From IMG/VR virus record IMGVR_UViG_3300011266_000026: DNA of 37,995 nt. One strand, written 5' to 3'. Positions within the stretch are counted from its first letter, which is position 1; every line of letters starts with the position of its first letter. The notes below the pieces were generated by a model. It was not told the origin of the DNA. It did no database searches and saw only the letters and a list, made by a program, of their open reading frames with translations. This DNA comes from a virus. Both the position numbers and the translations under genes were made by a program. This document shows, piece by piece, positions 16,773-25,619 of this stretch.

Positions 16773-17114
16773 TTATTTCAAACGATTTCGTTTTACTTTA
16801 AAGTATACTTTTGCTTTTTGTTGCCAAGATGCAGAAATACAATTGGAGAAAGAACCACATTCTTCTTTTAAAGCAGTTCCATAGTCAAACCATAATGAAT
16901 TGTCTTGTTCACGAAATGAATTTACAAGAGTATAAACAATCCAATCCCATTCACGGTCGGTAATTTCTTTATCACTATCAATCCATCTGAATTTAGTAAT
17001 GTAGCAATCTTGGGATATTGCTCTCCAAGCAGGCGAAAAAGCAGGTTGTATGTCAATCTTAATTAACTTTGGCAATTCTTTTGAAAGCTCTATTTTTAAT
17101 TGATACTCAAACAT
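16773..17114 (-). CDS. hypothetical protein
   Basis: Internal ATG (MFEYQLKIEL...) of ORF 16773..17129. Confidence 0.6.
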   Translation of the reverse strand: MFEYQLKIELSKELPKLIKIDIQPAFSPAWRAISQDCYITKFRWIDSDKEITDREWDWIVYTLVNSFREQDNSLWFDYGTALKEECGSFSNCISASWQQKAKVYFKVKRNRLK

Positions 17115-17115
17115 G

Positions 17116-17754
17116 TTATTTAGGTTCAAATTCCAATTTTAATTCTTCATATTTTTTCTTACGTTCTAGTTTAGCGTAATCTTCTTTAGATAATCCTATA
17201 CCGCCGCCATCTTTTTTCTCTCCATGATGGTCAATTGGTAGCCAAGTCTTTTTAGCCATAATTGCTTCAACTTCATCAAAATTGATAGGTCTATAGTTAT
17301 GACAATCCACACCACAATCAAATGATAGTGAATTTGGATCATCTGGAAGAGAACCGTGGGAATGACCATAAAGATGCCATGCTCCATGATGAGATTTATT
17401 CCATACTTTCATTGCATAATGACAGAGAGTAATGTCTTTTCCATTTATAGTAGTCTCATGATAAGAGTCATACGCAGCATAGAATTTCCTTCGATTTGCC
17501 CATGCAAGTCTGTCATGATTACCTTTTACAAAGACAATCAATCCTTTGAGACGATTTAAATATGAGTCAAATGAATAATCTTCTCGTCCAAAACAAAAGT
17601 CTCCAAGATGATAAACGAGATCTCCGTCATTTACAACTGCATTCCAATTTGTTATAATAGCTTCATTCATTTCTACGCTATTTTTAAATGGACGATTGCA
17701 GTATTTGATAATGTTTGCGTGCCCGAAATGGGTATCGGATGTAAACCAATAATT
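17116..17754 (-). CDS. calcineurin-like metallophosphoesterase
   Basis: TSDTHFGHANI, LGDFCFG, VKGNHDR, GHSHG motifs. Confidence 0.9.
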   Translation of the reverse strand, partial: NYWFTSDTHFGHANIIKYCNRPFKNSVEMNEAIITNWNAVVNDGDLVYHLGDFCFGREDYSFDSYLNRLKGLIVFVKGNHDRLAWANRRKFYAAYDSYHETTINGKDITLCHYAMKVWNKSHHGAWHLYGHSHGSLPDDPNSLSFDCGVDCHNYRPINFDEVEAIMAKKTWLPIDHHGEKKDGGGIGLSKEDYAKLERKKKYEELKLEFEPK

Positions 17755-17829
17755 CATATTTCCTTTTTTTACTATGCACCCTATGTGCATTTTTGTTTTG
17801 TTTTATTATTTCGGATAAGACTATCAGAA

Positions 17830-18054
17830 TTATTTGGAGTTGTCAAGATGTCTTTCTTTACTCCATTGTATCCACCCGTAAACATTCATAATTCCAAATA
17901 CGACCCATGTTAAAATAAGTGCATATTCTTTATGTGGATAGATATGAATAATCCATAGAATATTGGAGATTAACCATATTGGCCAACAGATGATTTTTTG
18001 TTTGGCGTTTAGAAAAACTCCTACTATAGAAAAAAGAGTGGCAAGCCAATCCAT
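17830..18054 (-). CDS. mini PnuC-like membrane protein (74 aa)
   Basis: NAKQKIICWPIWLISNILWI...FGIMNVYGWIQWSK resembles the PnuC core. Confidence 0.6.
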   Translation of the reverse strand: MDWLATLFSIVGVFLNAKQKIICWPIWLISNILWIIHIYPHKEYALILTWVVFGIMNVYGWIQWSKERHLDNSK

Positions 18055-18257
18055 TATTCGTCCGAAGGGTCGTAAGGTTCAAATTCAGGTGAGAAAACAA
18101 AACATGGCTTTTCATAAAGACGAGGACCGCCTTTTAGAAATGTTTCTTCTTCTCCTGCTTGAAAAGCGCCACTATCAATATAATCTACTTCTATACAATA
18201 AGGTTTGAGTTTTTCCCAAGCTTCTTTTAATTCTGGATGTTTTTCAAAAAGGTTCAT
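18054..18257 (-). CDS. hypothetical protein (67 aa)
   Basis: ORF. Confidence 0.5.
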   Translation of the reverse strand: MNLFEKHPELKEAWEKLKPYCIEVDYIDSGAFQAGEEETFLKGGPRLYEKPCFVFSPEFEPYDPSDE

Positions 18258-18502
18258 GTTAAAGTTTTTCCTATAGATGGATGGCTTTTTACCCGTGATT
18301 GAATATGATTTTTTAAGGCTACTTCACAAGAAATTAAAAAATCTTCACTAACTCGGGAAAATTTTTGAGCACGATTTGCTTTGGCAAATTCCAGTGCAAA
18401 TTTTTTACACGCTGAACGATTGATATATTTGAAGCGATACCGAGGACGATTGTTCTCTATAGTGTCATTTGGGATATTTTGTTCACTCATAACAGTTATC
18501 AT
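18254..18502 (-). CDS. hypothetical protein (82 aa)
   Basis: ORF. Confidence 0.5.
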   Translation of the reverse strand: MITVMSEQNIPNDTIENNRPRYRFKYINRSACKKFALEFAKANRAQKFSRVSEDFLISCEVALKNHIQSRVKSHPSIGKTLT

Positions 18503-18572
18503 AGAAGATATTGAAAAAATGTCAATAACAATGTTTTTGAGAATATCAATAGTACGTATTGGTGTAATCTAT

Positions 18573-18797
18573 ATGATGAAGTTCAAGAATAATAAATTAG
18601 AATTGTTCAAAGAATTACGCAAACTTGTAACGGAAAATTTGAACAATGCAAATGTTAACGTTGACTTGGAATATGAGGTTGCTGAATTGTTAACTGAAAT
18701 TACAGATAAACGTAAATTGCGAAGATTAAAACTTGTCCGAAAAGAATTGGATAAATTGATTGAACAATTATCCGAAAAAGAGGTTAAAAATGATTAA
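18573..18797 (+). CDS. small charged helical protein (MMKFKNNKLELFKELRKL...)
   Basis: C-terminal part of ORF 18381..18797; the upstream part overlaps an opposite-strand gene. Confidence 0.55.
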   Translation: MMKFKNNKLELFKELRKLVTENLNNANVNVDLEYEVAELLTEITDKRKLRRLKLVRKELDKLIEQLSEKEVKND

Positions 18798-18850
18798 TAG
18801 TATGTTTATACTAAATCGCTATGTTACATTTCATGCAGAAATAATTGCAT

Positions 18851-19186
18851 TTATTGTGTATTTGCTAGTTTCTTGATTTCATTTAAAACTGCAATTTGAG
18901 TTTCTATTCGTAATGATTTGACTACAACAGTTTGGGGATAAATCCCTATGGTGTCTATTCGTACTCCATCCACAAATTCATATTCATTTAGAATATAGGA
19001 TACATAATCCATCATTCCTTTTGGCTTCATCCATTGGTAATACATGTCTTTCATGTCTTGAGTTGTATGAAATAAAACATCCATTCCGAGATCGTAATGA
19101 CAAATTTGGGTTATGGTGCGGAAGACCATCGGTTCGCTGGGCGGTTCTACCAGTGCATCTGAGATAGTTATAATTTCACTTCTCAT
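18851..19186 (-). CDS. hypothetical protein (111 aa)
   Basis: ORF. Confidence 0.65.
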   Translation of the reverse strand: MRSEIITISDALVEPPSEPMVFRTITQICHYDLGMDVLFHTTQDMKDMYYQWMKPKGMMDYVSYILNEYEFVDGVRIDTIGIYPQTVVVKSLRIETQIAVLNEIKKLANTQ

Positions 19187-19209
19187 ACTACTAATAAATA
19201 TGTAGTATT

Positions 19210-19608
19210 ATGAAGTTCAATTCTAAAAGCGTGTTATTAAATGATGGTGTTCCCATGAACCTTAAAGTTCACTTTCCAGATGGAATGCCAAGTTCTGCAA
19301 TTTCATCAGACAAATGGGTTAATGCTCTCCTGAAATTTAATTCCGAAGTGTTGAATACTCGTGCATCTGTATCCGAAAAATGTAAGGGGCATGATGTAGA
19401 TGTTCTCTATTTGACACTGGTAGATGGACACATTGAAATCAACATGGTTGGTTATAGACATGACGTGCCCGATTTGTTAGACACCAAGTTCACAGTAACT
19501 GGTCAACTGGTGTACACTTCCAATACAACCCTAGATGAAATTGTTATAAAAAATGTCCTGTATGAAGAAAACGGGCAGAAGAAGCCATTGATTTCAAATA
19601 ATAGTTGA
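19210..19608 (+). CDS. hypothetical protein (132 aa)
   Basis: ORF. Confidence 0.65.
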   Translation: MKFNSKSVLLNDGVPMNLKVHFPDGMPSSAISSDKWVNALLKFNSEVLNTRASVSEKCKGHDVDVLYLTLVDGHIEINMVGYRHDVPDLLDTKFTVTGQLVYTSNTTLDEIVIKNVLYEENGQKKPLISNNS

Positions 19609-19633
19609 CATTTAGATTGGGTTCTGTCATAGT
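19605..19633 (+). promoter_or_regulatory. promoter for tmRNA: TTGACA-N17-CATAGT
   Basis: 19605-19610 and 19628-19633, about 15 nt upstream of the mature 5' end. Confidence 0.7.
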
Positions 19634-19647
19634 TATTGACATACATT

Positions 19648-20048
19648 GGGGCCGAAAGGTTTCGATTGAAGTTCTTTGATCGTGGATAGCACGTAGAGGA
19701 TGATTGCTTGGCCTCTCAAAAAATGTGATCAAAAAATTAAATGCTAATCGTTTGAACGAATTGGCCGCACTTGACTTCGAGTTCTCCTTGAACGGCGAAG
19801 CTAAGACCGAATTGGCTTTGGCTTAATTTGGAGGTAAGGGAAAGATGCTCGCTATTGACCTTACTACGCTTACAGCGAGTAAAACCGCTTGAGGTTCTAA
19901 TCTCAAGACTGCTGGCATACCCGAGTATGGATAGTCCTTCGCCGTGATTTCTGGTTTTCGGCGTGGCACGAAATTCAAATCAGATAAACGTGTAGAAGTT
20001 TGCGAAATAAGGTTTCAAGACCCGACTTCGATGTCGGCGGCTCCACCA
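19648..20048 (+). ncRNA. ssrA: transfer-messenger RNA (tmRNA), one-piece, encoded CCA
   Basis: 5' GGGGCCG pairs with 3' CGGCTCC (G3:U wobble typical of tmRNA) followed by ACCA; T-arm CCGAC-TTCGAT-GTCGG; GGTTTCGA near the 5' end; open tag frame starting GCT AAT at 19743 (nt 96) and ending TAA 19824-19826. Confidence 0.95.
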
Positions 20049-20052
20049 ATTT

Positions 20053-20085
20053 ATTCAGGAGTCAAATGTTATTTGACTCCTGAAT
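20053..20085. terminator. bidirectional terminator/hairpin between tmRNA and HNH gene
   Basis: ATTCAGGAGTCAAAT-GTT-ATTTGACTCCTGAAT, 15 perfect bp. Confidence 0.85.
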
Positions 20086-20628
20086 TTCTTTAATAAACTT
20101 CTTAATTTCTTCCCGAGTGAAGGAGTTTTTTGCATAATTAATAGCCATGCATACAAACTCAACATTTCCTTTTATATAGCCTTTTGTAGAGTCAATTCTA
20201 TCAAGACTTGCTTTCTTAGGGGAACGAATTGAATGATACCCAGTTATATTTTTCCCAATTTCCATTTTTATCCCAGTGTAAGGACAAATTCCGTTTTGAG
20301 AGTCCCATAGTTCTTTTAAATACTGTAAATCTAAATTAGGGCGATCTTGAAACTTAGAATTTTTCCTATGCCGTTGTGAGTCTCTAGTTCTTTTCAAATA
20401 TTCTCTAAAGGGAGAATATGCATCTGTGGCATCATATGGTGGATAGCCTTTTATTCGTTCATATCTTTTTTTCTTTTGTTCTTCGCTTAAATTTTTTTGA
20501 GTAAATGTTGACCAACACGACTTTGAACAAAAATGAAGTCGTTTCATTTTTTCAGCGTAGTTATAATGATGTTTTAACTTTTCAAATTCTATTTTACATT
20601 CTTTACAAATTACTTTTATTGTACTCAT
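20062..20628 (-). CDS. HNH-like endonuclease next to the tmRNA
   Basis: CKEC...CSKSCW zinc motif, CPYTGIKMEIGK and ASLDRIDSTKGYIKGNVEFVCMAINYAK motif; likely ATG at 20628 (track start 20646 is TTG). Confidence 0.8.
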   Translation of the reverse strand: MSTIKVICKECKIEFEKLKHHYNYAEKMKRLHFCSKSCWSTFTQKNLSEEQKKKRYERIKGYPPYDATDAYSPFREYLKRTRDSQRHRKNSKFQDRPNLDLQYLKELWDSQNGICPYTGIKMEIGKNITGYHSIRSPKKASLDRIDSTKGYIKGNVEFVCMAINYAKNSFTREEIKKFIKEIQESNNI

Positions 20629-20648
20629 GATATAGTTAAATATCAAAT

Positions 20649-20684
20649 ATAGGAGTATAAATAATTATATTTTATACTCCTATG
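20649..20684. repeat. perfect 16-bp hairpin upstream of the HNH gene
   Basis: ATAGGAGTATAAAATA-ATTA-TATTTTATACTCCTAT. Confidence 0.85.
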
Positions 20685-20727
20685 TTTTATTTATTTGATT
20701 TAACTCCATAGAACGATATTTATTTAC

Positions 20728-23700
20728 ATGCCAATTTTGTTATCTGATCAATTAAAGCAAATTCAACAATTGAATGAATTGCAATATCATGCTCCTGTAT
20801 TTGATAAAAAATACTACGATAAATCACATGGTACACAACATTCTATTGGCCGTATGGATGGAAGAAGAATGTTTCATGATTTCTATGCTATGGAATTTTT
20901 ATGGTCCTTTTTAGGAAGTGGTCAAATTCCGAAAGGAGAACGTGAAAAACGTTTGGCAATGGACCCAGAAGATCCAAATAGAGATGTTGTTCCTAATAAA
21001 TCTCATAAATTTTTACCTGATCAAGCTGTAAAAACTATTGATAGTGTATATGAACAAGTAACTAATGCTGTAGCAAAAAATTTGTTAGCTTATATTCGTT
21101 TGGCAGTAGTCCAAGAATTTCAATATTTAACTGTTCATGCTGATGGGTGGACTCATTTTCGTCAATCATTAATTTCTGCATATAATGCAGAAGGAAAAAT
21201 TTCAAAAAAGGAATATGATGCATTGGTTAAAGAATATATTCCAAAAATGGCAAAATATCCATTAACCATTAGAAAACTACTTAAATTTTCTAAATATTTT
21301 AGTTCAACATATACTTTTAAAGACTCGGATGCATATGATGTATCTCGTCGTAAAGAAAAACAATCAACTCAAACTTCTGAACCAACACCTGAAACAGAAC
21401 CTAAGACTTCGGAAGAACCTGATACGACAGATTATGAAGCCGAACCTACAAGTAGAGAATTTGGAAAATATGGTGGAAAAGATCAACCAACCTCTCCATA
21501 TGAACCTGAAATTCCTTGGTCTGGAATGTCAAGTTTTAATGATGCTGGCGATCTTCCAAAAATACCAAGTGAGGATGACGATGCTGATTTGGAACAACCA
21601 TTAAACGAACAACTTCTTACCGAAGAAGATATAAATACACATAAGGTCAAACAAGTATATCATGCTATGAACAAGGCAGGTATTACTTTAGACGATATTG
21701 AAAAAGCATATAATTATATTCCGTGGGATGGGGCATATGGTGGGCCGCGTTGGGGTGCTGGAGTGATTGCTTTATTAAAATTAGTTCATGCAAAAAAGAA
21801 TTTGTCTACAGAAGACATGAACCACATTATTGATCATATCTATGATTTACAACATAATACTGGTTCTCTTCTTAATAAAGGTCCAATGTATGTATCTGAA
21901 AATGATCTTAATAGACGATATAAGATTACAGATGTAATGCGATTTGTTCCATTTGTTTCTCCATTAATTAAAGATATAATACTTCGTTACCAAAAATATC
22001 TTCGTAATGATCCCGCCCAAGCAGAGCGAGAAGCTAAAATGGAGACTTTAATACAGTCTCCAAAACTTCCATTATTGCCTGAAGAACAAAATGAATTGCA
22101 ATCTATGGGTTTCCAAAAATTGGATGACAACACTTATAGAGTTGCTATGAATTTTAAAAATAAACAAGGAAAGTCAGTTGGGGGGGTTTATTATGAAATT
22201 ACTAAACGAGAAGTTGGAACATTAGTTAATGGAGAATTTAAAAAGCAAGAGAATGCTAATCCATTATATCTTGTATCTGATAATTTATTAGCGGATGTTA
22301 AAGCATTTGACACATTTCCTGAAGCCAAGGCATATTTAGAAACTTACAAACATGAAATGAATGACCATGGTTCTGTAGGAACTTTATCATCTGCACAAGC
22401 CTCAGTTCCTCCTGCAATAAAATCTGAGAAACAGATTTATATTGATAAACATCATAAAATTAAATTAAGTCCAGAAAAAGAACAACAACTTTTGAACATC
22501 AATCTTGGTTGGAGAAATAAACCAAGTAGTCAATATTATAAAGCTTATTTTGCGGACGGTGGAAGATTACATTTTTATGCATTTAGTGATGGGTCATATT
22601 TAATTACATTTCAAAACGATATTCTTTATAAAATATTCCATGAGTTTCAGCCTGCATTTCAATATGCTGCAATGCTAACAAAAACGGCACAACCATATCC
22701 AGAAAAAGAAAAAATGCAAGCAGAAATTAATGCTGCATTACATAAATCTGCAAGTCCAAGTGTGTTTACTCTTAAATATTTAATAAGTCCTGATCAGTTT
22801 TCTAAGCTTGAAAGTATGATGAAAACATATTCGCAATCAGGAAATGTTAAATATGATGTTTTATTGCATAAAAATGGATTGGCGGTTGTATATCAATCTT
22901 TATTAACCACAATGTCTCCCGCGAAACCTATACCTATATTTGGTGTGGGTAAAGAAATAAAGGATGAAAATACTGTTGTTCCTCATTGGAAACTTATTAG
23001 ACTTGATCCATTTACTGGTGATGAATTACATGAATGGGCGTTTTCAACAATAGAAGAGTTATTTCCATATCTTCTAAAATTAATGAGTGGAAATATTCCG
23101 TCTTCATCTGGACAAAAAATTACTACAGTTACTCCATCTACTTATGTTTCTCCAAGTGGAAAACAATTACCTCCAAATGCAACATCAAAGGTTGCATACA
23201 GTGTTCATAGTGGCATTTCTATTCCACCAAAGTCTACCATTCGACTTACCAAAGAAGATGAAACTAAACTAGTTGCTATAGGATTTGAACCTAGAATTGT
23301 AGGTAATGATGTATGGTACATTCACAAACCATCGGGTGATACTGTTAAATTTTATCCTAATAATACTGCAAAATTATTATTTACAAGTCAATCTTCATCT
23401 AAATTACCAACTCTTAATAAAGACATTGAAGGTATGTTGACATGGTTGCCAACAAAATATAATAATCAAACATCTAAGTCTCCAATTGTAACAAAGGGCG
23501 GAACACAATCTATTGTTAATAAAGGAGTTAAGGCTGGAATACTGTTTGATAAAGATATAATAAATGCAGGTTTCAGTTGGAATGAAAGTAAATCTTGTTA
23601 TATTGGAAAAGATGGTGATGATCTTCATATTAGACCAGATCGTTCATCCTATTTGAATGTACATAATATTGAAGGAGTTGGTGATCAGTCCTATGAATTT

Positions 23701-25305
23701 AAAGATTTGATTTCATTAGTTAAATTCCTTAAAGAAGAGTATCTTCAAAAAAAAAGTAACGTAAAAACCGCGTCAGCTACTAAGCTTCCCAGTGTTCCCG
23801 GACTAACTGCTGAACAATTAGATTTGTTAGAAAAGGCAGCATTTAAATATGGTGGTCCTGTTAATAATGGAGGACAATTATTTACGACTTATACTGGAGG
23901 GCATATATTTACGACTTATACTGGAGGGCATATTGTTGTTTATCCTAAAGGTGATGTTAAAGTATTTGATTTTGTAAAAAACGATTGGGATTTGTACGCC
24001 GGAGAAAGTTTTACAAATTATTTAAAACAAAAATATGGAAATTCTTCTAGTAATTACAAACCTCATTCACATCCTAATATTATGTCTAAAGAGGAAGAAG
24101 AAGAAATTATTAAATTAGCTTCTAAATTTGGCCTTAAGGGTGTACGAAAATATGAAGAACCAATTCAAGAAGTTAAACAACAAATGCAATATGTTGAACT
24201 TGCTGATGACCATGGTCCTGTATATGCAATTAATAAAGAAGGCGGGGCATATAAAATTTGGAAAATTAATCCTAATGAACCAACAAATAGTGGAGAATGG
24301 AAGCTAATTACTGGTAAATCAGTATTTATACAAATACTATTTTCATTGTCTTATTTACTTGAAAATTACACAGGAACTTCCAGTTCATCTTCCAAAGAAC
24401 CATTTACATTATCATCTAAAGATGAAGGATATGCTAAACTTTGGGAAATAGGAAAGGCAATGGATGGAATACACATTAACGATGGAATGTTTGAAAGTAC
24501 AATGCAGTCTTTAGGATTTTATTTTGATTATGTTGATGAAATGTATATTAATTACAATGCTAAACAAATTGTTGTTGTTACTAAGGATGTATCTCAAAAA
24601 TATAAATATACCGTTTTATATTTGGATAATAATAATAATCCCGAATATAAAGAAGTAAATAATGAAAATCTTTTTAAGGAAATTGGAAATAGCGGGAATA
24701 TAGCTTCTGTAAATTCTTCATCAAACAACATAGATTTAAATCCTAGTGGAGTGAACTATAAACAGACTAATGACGAGTCAAATTCAAAATTGATAAGACT
24801 TAATTCTCATGATGAAAATATCATGAATAGTTGTGGATTTAAATTTGTTCCCGAAGAAAATAGATATTATAAAAATTCTAAGGGGGACATTTTTAAATTT
24901 TATTCTACTGGAATGGCAGAATTTAATTTTGTTAATGGAAAATTTGGAAGTATAGGAAATATTCCTGACGCTTTAAAATTTGCAGTTAATATATTTTTAT
25001 CAAAAAAACATCGTTCAACATCCATATCTAGTCTTCTAAAAAATATTAATAAATTTATGGTTAAATATGGATTTGATTATGTTGATACCTATATCTCCAC
25101 TGATGATAATAAAGAAGTATTGGTGTTTGATAATTACTCTACTAAACAAAGTGTGCGAGTGGTTATTGGAGGTAAAATTTATTTATCTATCTATGGGGGA
25201 GGACAACAGATATTCAATTCGTTTGAAGAATTTGAAACTTATATTAAATCAACTTCATTACAGGAAAATGTTTATAAAAACATAATGAAATTTATATATC
25301 AATAA
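20728..25305 (+). CDS. giant protein (1525 aa) with about eight or nine divergent repeated modules
   Basis: Uninterrupted ORF; recurring pattern [GF-x(n)-Y/W-x(n)-G-D-x-h-x-F/I-x(4)-G-x(n)-F] across residues ~480-1520. Confidence 0.85.
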   Translation: MPILLSDQLKQIQQLNELQYHAPVFDKKYYDKSHGTQHSIGRMDGRRMFHDFYAMEFLWSFLGSGQIPKGEREKRLAMDPEDPNRDVVPNKSHKFLPDQAVKTIDSVYEQVTNAVAKNLLAYIRLAVVQEFQYLTVHADGWTHFRQSLISAYNAEGKISKKEYDALVKEYIPKMAKYPLTIRKLLKFSKYFSSTYTFKDSDAYDVSRRKEKQSTQTSEPTPETEPKTSEEPDTTDYEAEPTSREFGKYGGKDQPTSPYEPEIPWSGMSSFNDAGDLPKIPSEDDDADLEQPLNEQLLTEEDINTHKVKQVYHAMNKAGITLDDIEKAYNYIPWDGAYGGPRWGAGVIALLKLVHAKKNLSTEDMNHIIDHIYDLQHNTGSLLNKGPMYVSENDLNRRYKITDVMRFVPFVSPLIKDIILRYQKYLRNDPAQAEREAKMETLIQSPKLPLLPEEQNELQSMGFQKLDDNTYRVAMNFKNKQGKSVGGVYYEITKREVGTLVNGEFKKQENANPLYLVSDNLLADVKAFDTFPEAKAYLETYKHEMNDHGSVGTLSSAQASVPPAIKSEKQIYIDKHHKIKLSPEKEQQLLNINLGWRNKPSSQYYKAYFADGGRLHFYAFSDGSYLITFQNDILYKIFHEFQPAFQYAAMLTKTAQPYPEKEKMQAEINAALHKSASPSVFTLKYLISPDQFSKLESMMKTYSQSGNVKYDVLLHKNGLAVVYQSLLTTMSPAKPIPIFGVGKEIKDENTVVPHWKLIRLDPFTGDELHEWAFSTIEELFPYLLKLMSGNIPSSSGQKITTVTPSTYVSPSGKQLPPNATSKVAYSVHSGISIPPKSTIRLTKEDETKLVAIGFEPRIVGNDVWYIHKPSGDTVKFYPNNTAKLLFTSQSSSKLPTLNKDIEGMLTWLPTKYNNQTSKSPIVTKGGTQSIVNKGVKAGILFDKDIINAGFSWNESKSCYIGKDGDDLHIRPDRSSYLNVHNIEGVGDQSYEFKDLISLVKFLKEEYLQKKSNVKTASATKLPSVPGLTAEQLDLLEKAAFKYGGPVNNGGQLFTTYTGGHIFTTYTGGHIVVYPKGDVKVFDFVKNDWDLYAGESFTNYLKQKYGNSSSNYKPHSHPNIMSKEEEEEIIKLASKFGLKGVRKYEEPIQEVKQQMQYVELADDHGPVYAINKEGGAYKIWKINPNEPTNSGEWKLITGKSVFIQILFSLSYLLENYTGTSSSSSKEPFTLSSKDEGYAKLWEIGKAMDGIHINDGMFESTMQSLGFYFDYVDEMYINYNAKQIVVVTKDVSQKYKYTVLYLDNNNNPEYKEVNNENLFKEIGNSGNIASVNSSSNNIDLNPSGVNYKQTNDESNSKLIRLNSHDENIMNSCGFKFVPEENRYYKNSKGDIFKFYSTGMAEFNFVNGKFGSIGNIPDALKFAVNIFLSKKHRSTSISSLLKNINKFMVKYGFDYVDTYISTDDNKEVLVFDNYSTKQSVRVVIGGKIYLSIYGGGQQIFNSFEEFETYIKSTSLQENVYKNIMKFIYQ
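23881..23934 (+). repeat. 27-bp tandem duplication inside the giant gene (FTTYTGGHI x2)
   Basis: TTTACGACTTATACTGGAGGGCATAT(A/T) twice in a row. Confidence 0.95.
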
Positions 25306-25529
25306 AATTTGGTTTTTAATTTTCCATCTTTTCCTGTCCAAGATACTCTGTATCCAATTTCTGCATCTTCTGAACCAAATGCGGAAGTTTTTTCTATCTC
25401 TTGTATAGTTCGTTTAGGAGCCACAGGCTGAATTGCTTCAGTAACTATTGGTTTTTGTATAAGATGGTTCTGTGTTGACAAGAACTGCTTAAATTTCTTT
25501 TGGATATTATCAAATTCTCGTTGGTCCAT
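25299..25529 (-). CDS. hypothetical protein (76 aa)
   Basis: ORF; convergent with the giant gene. Confidence 0.5.
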   Translation of the reverse strand: MDQREFDNIQKKFKQFLSTQNHLIQKPIVTEAIQPVAPKRTIQEIEKTSAFGSEDAEIGYRVSWTGKDGKLKTKFY

Positions 25530-25619
25530 ATAAAAAGTGTTTTCTGTACATTAATAAATATGTACATAACAGAACACATGGTCATTTTTATTTGACCAAC
25601 ACATACACAGAAAGGTAAT

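Noticed and set aside
21329-21604. Internal plus-strand ORF inside the giant gene
   Set aside because: Out-of-frame overlap within a long intact ORF; typical AT-rich by-product.
25067-25285. Out-of-frame ORF at the end of the giant gene
   Set aside because: Overlapping reading of coding sequence, no own signals.
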